From an uncultured virus (IMG/VR IMGVR_UViG_3300030101_003884) (taxonomy: Duplodnaviria > Heunggongvirae > Uroviricota > Caudoviricetes), in the IMG/VR virus record IMGVR_UViG_3300030101_003884: DNA of 64,000 nucleotides, one strand, 5' to 3'. The first letter of the stretch is position 1. Each line of letters starts with the position of its first letter. The notes under the pieces are model-generated. The model had not been told where the DNA came from and ran no database searches. It was given only the letters and a program-made list of their open reading frames with translations. A program made the translations under genes and the position numbers. This document shows, piece after piece, positions 7,848 to 16,136 of the stretch.

Positions 7848-9878
7848 TTAATTATATTTACTTATAAACCCACCCTCTTTTTTGTAGATCTTTTGTGGAT
7901 TTACCATGTTTGGTGATACTTTAACAGAAAAAACGTCTGTGTACAATCTCAGGTTATTGTCTGGTATGAATTCTAAACCCTCTTCCATTCTGCTTGAAAC
8001 TCTATCATGTTCTTCAACTTTGTATTTTTTATCACCGGAAACCTCAACATTTTTTTCTGTAATGGACTTGTAAGGTTTTGTTGGATCAGATTTAGAAACT
8101 TTTATAGGCCCCGCCTGTGTGTCAAATTCTTTCGCAATTTTTTTCATAATGTCAGGGATTACAGCAAATGATTTACTGCCTGGTGTTTTTTTACCACTAG
8201 AATATCCGTAAAACTGTGTATAAGCAGATACTTTTTCTTTATCCATACCTCTTTGAAGAAGGTTTGTTGGTGCAATAGCAACATAATCAATACCTTCTTT
8301 AGCAGCCTTATTTGTTAACAATTTAACAGCAGCACTTGCATATGAAGATCTGTCTAACAATGGAAAATAATTTTCTTTATTGATTTGTTCATATTCAGTT
8401 GCTTTTTTTGTAATTGTTTTTAATTGATTATCTATTGATTTAATTTTGTTAGCACTTAATTCAATTTCAGCGGGCCTTAGTTTTCCACTAAGAATATCAT
8501 CACTCAATTTTTTTCTACTTTGCGATAAAAAATTAATAACTACATCGTTTTGATATGGGTTAGTTCTTCTTACTGTATTAAAAGGATCTTCACCCGCTTC
8601 TCTTAAAGATTTAGATATTTTTTGATTTGTGTCTGATTGTATTTCATGAATAAAAAAAGCTTTTTTGCCATCAGAAGTTGTTCTTGTATCATATCTTACA
8701 TGAGCAATTGGGTTAGATGCTTCCTTATCATCATAGTGCGGATTTTTCTTTCTACCTTTATTCATGTTTAAAGGTATTCTTTCATCTAAAACTAAAACAC
8801 CTTCTCTGTAATTTTGGCCTCCAGGAAAGGTATAGCCAGCTTGAGATTGATATTTTGTTCCCTTAACATTTTTCAATGAAGCAACTAAATCATCTATTTC
8901 TCCTTGCATTTGATTAAGTGCAACTTTCTGTTCTGTCGTTGCACCTTTTTTGAGTTGCCCGATTAAACTAGCAGATTTAGCTGCAGCATCTTCTGCTCCA
9001 AATTTATCAGAATCTAGCACACTTGTCCTGACGGCTCTCATTTCATTTCTTAAATCTTTTAACGTAGCTTTCATGTCCTTAGAAAATTTAACAGCTTCTC
9101 TATACCCTTCTATTTTTTGCAGTCTGTCTGCTGATGGATCTGAAGTTCTTATTCTGTCAAAAACATTTTTATCTAAAGATCGTTCCATTGATTTAACACG
9201 ATACAATTGTTGTGTAATAACATTGTCAGCTTTGTTGGCTATGTCTCCTGGAAGACCATATTCTACAAATTTTAATCTATTGGCTGGATTTAATTTAATC
9301 ATGTCCGCTAATACTTGTCCAGGTAGTTTTATATTTGCTTGTTTGGCTGCAAATAATAATCCTCCAGTCAATTCGCCTGCTCTGTCAAATGTTGCAACAT
9401 TAGAATCAAATAATTCTTCAATGGGTACAGTTTGTTCTTTGTTATATAAATTTGAACCTCTTGCAAATTTTTCATCTAATTTAAATCGTTTACCTGTCAC
9501 AAAACCATCCTCAAAGTCTTTACCAAACAATTTAAATTTTCTTTTTCCTCTATCCGTTAGCCAGTCTGCCCATTCATCTGCTGTGAAAGACCCTCCACCT
9601 TTTTGCGCAACACGGTCATAGGCTACTGAACCAAATAGATTATCTGCTTTTGTAGCACCCATTTGCATTGGTCTTGTTTGTAAAACACCACCAATTTTGG
9701 GTTCTCTAATAACTAATTCTTTTGATTGTTCAGCTATTGTTTTTGGTGTTGTTGTTTTTAGTTTTGAAATGTCTGGTAGTCCACCAATAGTGGTTGTCTC
9801 TAATGGGTCTGGTGTTACGTCCTCACCTTTTTTTCGAAGAAGCCTTCGACCGAGTCCAAGTAAGTTTCTAAGGGACAC
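7848..9878 (-). CDS. Large putative virion/injected protein with HEIQSD motif
   Basis: 676 aa (GTG start) between terL and portal; AHVRYDTR...FIHEIQSD; ends KKEGGFISKYN. Confidence 0.55.
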   Translation of the reverse strand: MSLRNLLGLGRRLLRKKGEDVTPDPLETTTIGGLPDISKLKTTTPKTIAEQSKELVIREPKIGGVLQTRPMQMGATKADNLFGSVAYDRVAQKGGGSFTADEWADWLTDRGKRKFKLFGKDFEDGFVTGKRFKLDEKFARGSNLYNKEQTVPIEELFDSNVATFDRAGELTGGLLFAAKQANIKLPGQVLADMIKLNPANRLKFVEYGLPGDIANKADNVITQQLYRVKSMERSLDKNVFDRIRTSDPSADRLQKIEGYREAVKFSKDMKATLKDLRNEMRAVRTSVLDSDKFGAEDAAAKSASLIGQLKKGATTEQKVALNQMQGEIDDLVASLKNVKGTKYQSQAGYTFPGGQNYREGVLVLDERIPLNMNKGRKKNPHYDDKEASNPIAHVRYDTRTTSDGKKAFFIHEIQSDTNQKISKSLREAGEDPFNTVRRTNPYQNDVVINFLSQSRKKLSDDILSGKLRPAEIELSANKIKSIDNQLKTITKKATEYEQINKENYFPLLDRSSYASAAVKLLTNKAAKEGIDYVAIAPTNLLQRGMDKEKVSAYTQFYGYSSGKKTPGSKSFAVIPDIMKKIAKEFDTQAGPIKVSKSDPTKPYKSITEKNVEVSGDKKYKVEEHDRVSSRMEEGLEFIPDNNLRLYTDVFSVKVSPNMVNPQKIYKKEGGFISKYN

Positions 9879-9886
9879 TGTCCCTC

Positions 9887-10537
9887 CTAGTACATTTTAG
9901 TAGGTTTGTTTCTACCTAGTTTGCATTTTACTTTTACAGATTTACCTTTGCTGTATCCTGGCATTTGACTTCCACCTATCATGCCACCACCCATTTTTTT
10001 ATTAGGTTTCATTGGTTTTGGTTTTAATGGTTTACCACCAGCAGTTGGTTTAGGTCTTAAAACTCCTGGACCTTTAGGTTTAATTTCAGCACCAAGTTTT
10101 GCCTTCATTACACCACCCATTCTTTTACCAAGCATTTCTTTTTTCTTTTTTGCAAGAAGAGCGGCAGCTCCAACTCCAGGAAGTGCCATTGCTTTTTTAT
10201 TTTTGTCTTTCAACATTTTAGCACCAAGTGCTCCCATAGCAGCAATTCCTAAAACAGCTTTAACTGGTTTTACTTTTTTCTTTTCTGTTCTTAGAACAGC
10301 AAAGTCTTCTCCAGTAATTTTATCTGGTGGTGGAGCTTTGGCTGCAATTTTTGCTTGGCCACCGGTAAGCATTTGTGGAATTTTTACAATTTTTCCTCTA
10401 TCGTTTTTTTTATAAGAAAAACTTCTTTTGCCTCCACTATAGTAATTTTTTATTGATGCTGTAGATCTATCTGTTTTACCACCCTCTTCTTTTGAAGTTT
10501 GTGTTAAACCTTGTTTTAATTTACTTCTTCCAGGCAT
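9887..10537 (-). CDS. Lys/Gly/Met-rich basic protein with repeated xxGG motifs
   Basis: MLTGGQ, KRMGGV, KKMGGG, GYSKGK; AGGAG RBS. Confidence 0.65.
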   Translation of the reverse strand: MPGRSKLKQGLTQTSKEEGGKTDRSTASIKNYYSGGKRSFSYKKNDRGKIVKIPQMLTGGQAKIAAKAPPPDKITGEDFAVLRTEKKKVKPVKAVLGIAAMGALGAKMLKDKNKKAMALPGVGAAALLAKKKKEMLGKRMGGVMKAKLGAEIKPKGPGVLRPKPTAGGKPLKPKPMKPNKKMGGGMIGGSQMPGYSKGKSVKVKCKLGRNKPTKMY

Positions 10538-10545
10538 AGTAGCTC

Positions 10546-12024
10546 CTAATAATATTTATATTCTTTTTCTAATTTCATTGGTGGGTCGTCCCAATCGTCC
10601 GAGTACGTAGAAACAAATCCACCTTGTCGATATCTTAACACAGCTTGGGTCATAGAATCAACATAGTCGTCATACTGACCATTAGGAAACGCTGCACACT
10701 CCTCAATTACTTCTTGTGCCCAGTGTTCGTCTAAAGGTGCAAATACCATACCAGACTCAAATACAGGTGCGCAAGAGTTTATTCTAGTATGCTTGTCTCG
10801 TCCTCTAGCTGGAACATAATCAATTACAGGTATTCCTGCTCGTCTTAGCTCATGTATCAGTGGTTGTCCTGAAGCTTTAGCTTCAATAATTACGGTTTCC
10901 GGTTCCCAGTATTGATATTGCTCTAACGCTATATTTTTAAGATCTGGAAAGTCGTAACGTCCTTTGAGAGCATCGAGAAGTATAATACATTTCTCATAAC
11001 CCTCATTAGGCTCAAATATACCCCAGGTAGTAATCGCAGAATAATCAGCAGTTTCTTTTTTAGAAAATGCAGTATCATATGATTGTATCACATGGAGCAG
11101 TTTTGGAAGATGCTCCTGATCCCAGTTCTGCCACCATTCTCGTTTGACAATGGCACCTTCTTCACTTGTTGGGTCCTGCATGTATTGTGCATTCCAATTT
11201 TTAGTGGAGATGGAGGCTTTGACACTCATCAAATCTTCTTTACCCCAATACTCAGGCCAAACAGGTTCATCGTTTGGAAGTATTGCAGGAAACTCAATTA
11301 CTTTCCATTTGTCAGCTTTTATTTCTGATTGAGCCTTCACGAGCCTTCCTGTTAGATCGTCAGTTGCCCAACGAGTCATGACTACGAGAATACGGCCACC
11401 GGGTTGTAAACGTTGTCTGGGTCCTGAACTGTACCACTCATAAGCACGTTCCATAGCTGTGTCTGATAATGAGTCTTGTTCAGTATGTGGATCATCGATA
11501 ATAAGTAAGTCCGCCCCTCGTCCTGTGATAGAACCGCCAACACCCGCTGCAAAATATTCCCCACCATGATTGGTCTCCCAACGTCCTTTTGCCTTACTAT
11601 CTTCACGTAATGTAACATTTCCAAAAATTTGTTTATACTCCTTGGTAGCCATTAAGTTACGAACCTTGCTACCGAACCTTGATGCTAGTTCTGCGTTGTG
11701 TGATACCTGCATAATTTTTTTCTTTGGATACTTACCAATAAACCAAGCAGGGAATAAATAGGATGCGAATTCAGATTTGGTATGTCTAGGAGGCATGTTG
11801 ATAATGAGCCTCTTTGCATCTCCATCAGCTATCTCGTGAAAAGACTCAGCAATAATCTGATGGTGCCCCTTTCCTCTTTCTTTTGTTTCTTTTCTATAAA
11901 TAAAATCTTGCCAAACAGTCTCTGCGAAAATTAAAAAATTATCCTGGCATAACTTGATCCACTCTAGCTGCTTTTTAAGGATTAAGTCTTTTAATTCTTC
12001 TTCGTTTAATTGCTCAATATTCAT
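10546..12024 (-). CDS. terL: Terminase large subunit
   Basis: INMPPRHTKS Walker A, LLIIDDP Walker B, QSYDTA and DDYVDSMTQ nuclease motifs. Confidence 0.95.
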   Translation of the reverse strand: MNIEQLNEEELKDLILKKQLEWIKLCQDNFLIFAETVWQDFIYRKETKERGKGHHQIIAESFHEIADGDAKRLIINMPPRHTKSEFASYLFPAWFIGKYPKKKIMQVSHNAELASRFGSKVRNLMATKEYKQIFGNVTLREDSKAKGRWETNHGGEYFAAGVGGSITGRGADLLIIDDPHTEQDSLSDTAMERAYEWYSSGPRQRLQPGGRILVVMTRWATDDLTGRLVKAQSEIKADKWKVIEFPAILPNDEPVWPEYWGKEDLMSVKASISTKNWNAQYMQDPTSEEGAIVKREWWQNWDQEHLPKLLHVIQSYDTAFSKKETADYSAITTWGIFEPNEGYEKCIILLDALKGRYDFPDLKNIALEQYQYWEPETVIIEAKASGQPLIHELRRAGIPVIDYVPARGRDKHTRINSCAPVFESGMVFAPLDEHWAQEVIEECAAFPNGQYDDYVDSMTQAVLRYRQGGFVSTYSDDWDDPPMKLEKEYKYY

Positions 12025-12171
12025 ACCGTTTGGGACCCTAGTATATGTGTATATCCTACTTTGTAAACCTCTTTGTCTAGCAAAGCTGTCAGTTTTAACG
12101 CGCTTTGCCTGGCGCGATTTTTGTTTTTATGTTCGTAATTTCAATGAGCCTTGTAAGATTGGAACGCGGGG

Positions 12172-12197
12172 ACACGTGGCGCGTTAGCGCCACGTGT
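12172..12197 (-). other. 11-bp perfect GC-rich hairpin at end of small-gene cluster
   Basis: ACACGTGGCGC-GTTA-GCGCCACGTGT (UAAC loop on minus strand), no U tract. Confidence 0.6.
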
Positions 12198-12203
12198 TAG
12201 AAT

Positions 12204-12452
12204 TTATTTTGTTAGTATGGATACTAAGTCTTGGAATTTAGTCAGTATGTTTTGTCTAAACTCATCAACACATCTGTTACCTTGATTTTCTAAAATGTGT
12301 TTTTCAACTTCACTCTCTAACATTTTGTACATCAGTTCATAATTAAGTTGAGTTGTTTTCTTCTCATCAACTTGATGATGTTGATTATTGAGTTCAGTTC
12401 CTCTAACTCTATTAGCAAGGGTTTGAGCAATATTAATTAAATTATTGGGCAT
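12204..12452 (-). CDS. Hypothetical (putative early) protein
   Basis: Open frame overlapping previous stop; likely start MPNN. Confidence 0.55.
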   Translation of the reverse strand: MPNNLINIAQTLANRVRGTELNNQHHQVDEKKTTQLNYELMYKMLESEVEKHILENQGNRCVDEFRQNILTKFQDLVSILTK

Positions 12453-12771
12453 CTGCGTCACTCCCTATTGCTTTGTATTCAGAGTATTCAATGATCTTTT
12501 GATACTCATTAAATAAATCGTTGTGTTTAACTTTAAAATTTTCTTTATCAAAATTTTTTCTTTTACGATTTATTTTTTGAACTCCAAAACTATTTCCATG
12601 TTCATCTTGAACAATGATTAAGTTTTGATTTGTTCTATCAAATACATTCACAATATTTTGTTTCAATGTATCTAACTCTTTACTCAGTCTATTTGCTTTT
12701 AGCTTTAGTTGAGCGTATGCAAGGACTGATTTTTTTTCGTCTTGCTTTAGCTTTCTTATTGCATTTGGCAT
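12442..12771 (-). CDS. Hypothetical coiled-coil (putative early) protein
   Basis: 109 aa; AAGAGGT RBS. Confidence 0.65.
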   Translation of the reverse strand: MPNAIRKLKQDEKKSVLAYAQLKLKANRLSKELDTLKQNIVNVFDRTNQNLIIVQDEHGNSFGVQKINRKRKNFDKENFKVKHNDLFNEYQKIIEYSEYKAIGSDADAQ

Positions 12772-12849
12772 TTTTACCTCTTTAGTTAATTATACAAATC
12801 TTATGATTTGCCCTTACTTCTTATATCTTATCAACTCCCATTACAATAG

Positions 12850-13053
12850 TTAATTTAACTTTTTTTTATTTAATTTTAATATTGGTTCTACCTCTAGTTT
12901 TACAAATTCATCTCCCAATATCTCGGATAATCTCCCTGCCAACTCCTGCATTTGTGCAGTCATTTTATCTTGTTCTAACTGTCCACGAGAACGAGGCGAG
13001 GAACGAGGCGAGGCGACATTGTCGCCTCGCTTTTTATTATTTGGCATTACCAA
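12850..13053 (-). CDS. Hypothetical protein (start uncertain)
   Basis: C-terminal half looks helical; N-terminal half runs through CGAG repeats and a hairpin. Confidence 0.35.
   Translation of the reverse strand: MVMPNNKKRGDNVASPRSSPRSRGQLEQDKMTAQMQELAGRLSEILGDEFVKLEVEPILKLNKKKLN
13008..13035 (+). terminator. Intrinsic terminator-like hairpin antisense to surrounding genes
   Basis: GCGAGGCGAC-ATT-GTCGCCTCGC-TTTTT. Confidence 0.5.
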
Positions 13054-13475
13054 CTACACCAATATTCTACGACCTTATTCTCAGAGATCGCTTGTTCGCA
13101 GAATTTTAAAAACTTTGTGTCTTGCTCTTTGTACTCCTTGACACTATCCTCTTGGAACTGTTGCCCCCAGAAGAAACCATCTTCGGCAGGGTAGTCAGCA
13201 AAGTCTTTCTGTATCTGTTCAGCTAACTCTTTTACAACTTCCTCAGTCATATAACATGGTGCTTCTTGATCAGCATTAAAACCTAGATGGGACAGATGTC
13301 CCTCTATGTTTTCAGCAGGGTTTTGCTCTGCCCATTTCTTCGCCATGAACTGTTGTAGTCTTGCGTGTTTTCTCCAAACGAAAATGTTGTTATTATCTCC
13401 GTAATCATCTTCGTTGTAGTATTTTTCCCAATTGACATTAGTGCCTCTTAGGTGTGCGTGTTGGTCTAATCCCAT
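13047..13475 (-). CDS. Conserved phage hypothetical protein
   Basis: MGLDQ...WRKH...GFFWG...YWCSW pattern; own promoter-like sequence upstream. Confidence 0.7.
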   Translation of the reverse strand: MGLDQHAHLRGTNVNWEKYYNEDDYGDNNNIFVWRKHARLQQFMAKKWAEQNPAENIEGHLSHLGFNADQEAPCYMTEEVVKELAEQIQKDFADYPAEDGFFWGQQFQEDSVKEYKEQDTKFLKFCEQAISENKVVEYWCSW

Positions 13476-13510
13476 AACTTTTCCTTTTGTTAATTGTTAG
13501 TTTGTTTCTT

Positions 13511-13539
13511 CTCTTATCAACTCCCATGTATGATTGCAA
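13511..13539 (-). promoter_or_regulatory. Putative sigma70 promoter containing a repeated 15-mer
   Basis: TTGCAA-N17-TAAGAG; TGGGAGTTGATAAGA also occurs at 12826-12840. Confidence 0.5.
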
Positions 13540-13673
13540 CAATTATCTTTTAGAATTATTCTAAACTAGAAATGCAAACCATTTGGCTTACCAGCAGAAG
13601 TTCCTGCGCCTGAAGGATCCGTCCTGAGCACGCTGCTGGTGATGCCAGTCTTATTTAATGCCGAGCGAGAGAT

Positions 13674-13784
13674 CTAACCGAAAGCTGCAACGAGCGAGAG
13701 GCATAGGATGAAGGTGAACCAGCCAGTGCCTCTGGGGTAAAGAATGAGAAAGAACAGATACGCACTAACTATTCCGAGAACCAC
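13674..13784 (-). CDS. Hydrophobic 36-aa micropeptide (not in ORF track)
   Basis: GTG start; (M)VLGIVSAYLFFLILYPRGTGWFTFILCLSLVAAFG. Confidence 0.5.
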   Translation of the reverse strand: MVLGIVSAYLFFLILYPRGTGWFTFILCLSLVAAFG

Positions 13785-13995
13785 GGGTTCTTCCAGCTGC
13801 TGCAGGTGAATCCTTCACTTCAGACTCCGCCCACGTATTTCCATTTGCAATGCAGCGCGAGCCCCGGCCACCAGTAAGAGCGTATACTTTACCAGCTTCA
13901 GGTTTGTCCCGCAGCCGGTCCTGCGAGGACCAACCACCAGGTGGTGCATTCTCCCTATTGATATCTTTCACGAGCTTCTTAAGTGTTGTCTTCAT
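13765..13995 (-). CDS. Hypothetical (putative early) protein
   Basis: 76 aa; strong AGGAGG RBS. Confidence 0.6.
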   Translation of the reverse strand: MKTTLKKLVKDINRENAPPGGWSSQDRLRDKPEAGKVYALTGGRGSRCIANGNTWAESEVKDSPAAAGRTRGSRNS

Positions 13996-14004
13996 CTTTT
14001 CCTC

Positions 14005-14079
14005 CTATATGTTAATTGAAATAATTCCTGTGCCGAAGAGTACGGCCAGGTAAACGATGGTTGTGTATACTATAATCAT
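14005..14079 (-). CDS. Hydrophobic 24-aa micropeptide (not in ORF track)
   Basis: MIIVYTTIVYLAVLFGTGIISINI; AGGAG RBS. Confidence 0.55.
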   Translation of the reverse strand: MIIVYTTIVYLAVLFGTGIISINI

Positions 14080-14095
14080 TGCTCTCCTAATTTAA

Positions 14096-14147
14096 ACGCA
14101 TCAGCTGTAGAACTACATATCCAAGTTTCCGCCCACAGCTAACGCGC
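14096..14147 (-). ncRNA. Structured 5' leader (16-bp stem, 5 G-U pairs)
   Basis: Arms 14096-14111 and 14132-14147 pair fully only on the minus strand; begins at predicted transcription start. Confidence 0.55.
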
Positions 14148-14153
14148 AGACCT

Positions 14154-14182
14154 TACATAAGACCTGATGGGATATATGTCAA
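14154..14182 (-). promoter_or_regulatory. Putative sigma70 promoter
   Basis: TTGACA-N17-TATGTA. Confidence 0.6.
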
Positions 14183-14373
14183 GAGCTATTTTTTATTTTT
14201 TTTAATCTTTCTTCAAATGACCACCTTTTGTCAAAGGGTAGTTCCCGTACCACAGCTTCTACCAGCTCCTGAAGGGATCGGTTCTGCTGCGTGAGCTCAT
14301 CTAGTTTCTTATTATATGAACGAGCTTTGTTCTCTCCTCGAACGAGATCGAGAGCATCGAAATCTATTGCCAT
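14179..14373 (-). CDS. Hypothetical coiled-coil protein
   Basis: 64 aa; AAGGAG RBS. Confidence 0.6.
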   Translation of the reverse strand: MAIDFDALDLVRGENKARSYNKKLDELTQQNRSLQELVEAVVRELPFDKRWSFEERLKKIKNSS

Positions 14374-14490
14374 ATTGTTTCTCCTTTTCCACTAATGACC
14401 TTACACTTTTCTTTCCTGCTGTCCAGAACTTTTCAGGAGATCCCAGCTCCTGAAGCACGCTGCGCGGGGTATGCCAGCTGATGGTTTGAC

Positions 14491-14714
14491 CGAGAACGAG
14501 AACCGAGCTTTGCCCGAGAACGAGAACGAGACCCAGCAGCACGGTCCCGTCACCAGGCTACGCTAACTAAGAGGTAAATCGTAACGTAGCCAGGAAACGA
14601 GAACGAGCTTCCTGCTGCTCAGGGAGGAGATCCCAGCTCCTCCAGCAGGTGATGCTGGATGGTTGACCACTGACCGGTAGCCGAGAACGAGCAACGAGGA
14701 ACGAGAGAACGAGG
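14491..14714 (+). repeat. Clustered strand-biased (AA)CGAG repeats
   Basis: CGAG at 14491, 14497, 14504, 14515, 14521, 14527, 14598, 14604, 14682, 14688, 14695, 14702, 14710. Confidence 0.8.
14556..14591 (-). ncRNA. Candidate anti-RBS hairpin RNA A
   Basis: 10-bp stem with one G-U; loop/3' arm UUUACCUCUUAGUUA complementary to RBS at 12773-12788. Confidence 0.45.
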
Positions 14715-15017
14715 ATCAGTGAACACGGACACCGGTCTATACAGTTTAAGAGACCTCTGCGAAGGGGTCTCTTTCAAGATAAAAACAACTCCACCAGCTT
14801 TAATATATCGGTTTATCCATACAATTTGCCACTTGTTTAACTTAGGATAGCTGAGATCATCTGACTTAAGTTCAATCCAAAAAACACCTTTTTTATTTAC
14901 ACCATGTATATCGGGAATACCATTAATTGTGCTAGATTCTATGCGAGTTAAAAAACATTCACTAAGTCCTTTTTTTACTTTTTGCCAAAGTAAACTTTCT
15001 TTGTTTTTATCAGACAT
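14619..15017 (-). CDS. VRR-NUC/Holliday junction resolvase-like nuclease
   Basis: RIE...GIPD...FWIELKS...Q.W...AGG PD-(D/E)XK pattern. Confidence 0.75.
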   Translation of the reverse strand: MSDKNKESLLWQKVKKGLSECFLTRIESSTINGIPDIHGVNKKGVFWIELKSDDLSYPKLNKWQIVWINRYIKAGGVVFILKETPSQRSLKLYRPVSVFTDPRSLVPRCSFSATGQWSTIQHHLLEELGSPP

Positions 15018-15019
15018 TA

Positions 15020-15343
15020 TTAACTAAGTTTTTTTATTTCTTTAATCACTGAATTAGGAATTATAGTTGTATTACCAATAGATTCAATCTCTGTTTTGTT
15101 GTCGTTATATGAGTAATCTCCAAAAATTCTTGTAACACCTTTTGCTTGACTTAGGAGATGACCTTTGGTGATGCAGGTAGCAAGTTTTGATTTCATGACA
15201 TCATTAAAACTGCTCCAACTACTATCAGAAACAATATCATACCATTCAACAGACACCATTGGATACTTGTCTATTTCTTGTTTTGCTTTTTTTGGCATTG
15301 ATATTTTTTTCTTATTCATCGATCTCAATTTTAATAGTTCCAA
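15020..15343 (-). CDS. Conserved phage hypothetical protein
   Basis: VEWYDI...CITKGHL...TTIIPNSVIKEI. Confidence 0.6.
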   Translation of the reverse strand: MELLKLRSMNKKKISMPKKAKQEIDKYPMVSVEWYDIVSDSSWSSFNDVMKSKLATCITKGHLLSQAKGVTRIFGDYSYNDNKTEIESIGNTTIIPNSVIKEIKKLS

Positions 15344-15402
15344 TTTGTGTAGTAATAGTGGAGTTATGAACTTGATTAAATGCGTCTAACCAATCAGACC
15401 AA

Positions 15403-15921
15403 CTAGCCTTGTTCAATTTCTGCAACGTTTTCTGACTTAACTTCAATTGTTTTGGCATTGTATCCATCGATTTTGTTGGATAGCTCTTCCAATTTTTTTT
15501 CAAGTTGTTCACGTGACATACCCTCCAGACCAGTTACCGTAACTTCTTTCCTATCTACGTAAGCACCAGCTAATTGTCCTGACCTGTACTCAGCATTGAT
15601 AGCAGCAGCATATTGTTTTTCTTTCTCTGCTGAATTAGCAATTCGTTCTAATCTTTTGTATCTTCTTAAGTTGTCACTTTCATATTTTTTTACTTCTTGA
15701 TCGAATCTTTTATCGTAAAACTTTGCAATATGGGGATTGACTTTCCTATTTAATAATTGTGATGCATGAGACCTTGCAGTCTCAACACTTTTGCTTTCAT
15801 AACCTGCGCGTTTCAATGCTTCAGCTTGTGTAATGTTACCATGCTCTGCAACTAATATCTCCACAAACATTCTTTGTTTTGGAGTCAACTCGTGCTCAGT
15901 TTTTAATGCGTTTTTTTTCAT
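15403..15921 (-). CDS. terS: Terminase small subunit
   Basis: LTPKQRMFVE...AEALKRAGY...ASQLL HTH; AAAINAE...GQLAGAY. Confidence 0.8.
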   Translation of the reverse strand: MKKNALKTEHELTPKQRMFVEILVAEHGNITQAEALKRAGYESKSVETARSHASQLLNRKVNPHIAKFYDKRFDQEVKKYESDNLRRYKRLERIANSAEKEKQYAAAINAEYRSGQLAGAYVDRKEVTVTGLEGMSREQLEKKLEELSNKIDGYNAKTIEVKSENVAEIEQG

Positions 15922-16136
15922 TATTTTAATTTGTTAATTGCTTTTACAATATTTCTTTTAATAGAAAGATCTTTTTCAAATTTTAATTTATTTTTAAGTC
16001 GATTTGAAACACCACTCTTAATATCTTTTTTTGCTTCAGCTTTAGTACCACCAGATTTTCTAACTATATCTGAAGATTTCCTACCACCACCTTTAAAATA
16101 TTCTTTCATGGTGTTAAATAAGATTTTTTTGTACAT
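15921..16136 (-). CDS. Small Lys-rich protein
   Basis: 71 aa; TAATG overlaps at both ends; N-terminus paralogous to upstream gene. Confidence 0.6.
   Translation of the reverse strand: MYKKILFNTMKEYFKGGGRKSSDIVRKSGGTKAEAKKDIKSGVSNRLKNKLKFEKDLSIKRNIVKAINKLK

Noticed and set aside
8950..10415. Long plus-strand ORFs (223 aa, 144 aa) and similar antisense ORFs elsewhere
   Set aside because: Shadows of minus-strand genes; no RBS or recognisable motifs
14090..14150. tRNA gene
   Set aside because: Single long hairpin; no cloverleaf, T-loop GTTCRA or CCA end
14312..14542. 76-aa ORF MLLGLVLVLGQSSVLVLG
   Set aside because: The apparent hydrophobicity is just translation of CGAGAA repeats; no RBS; overlaps hairpins
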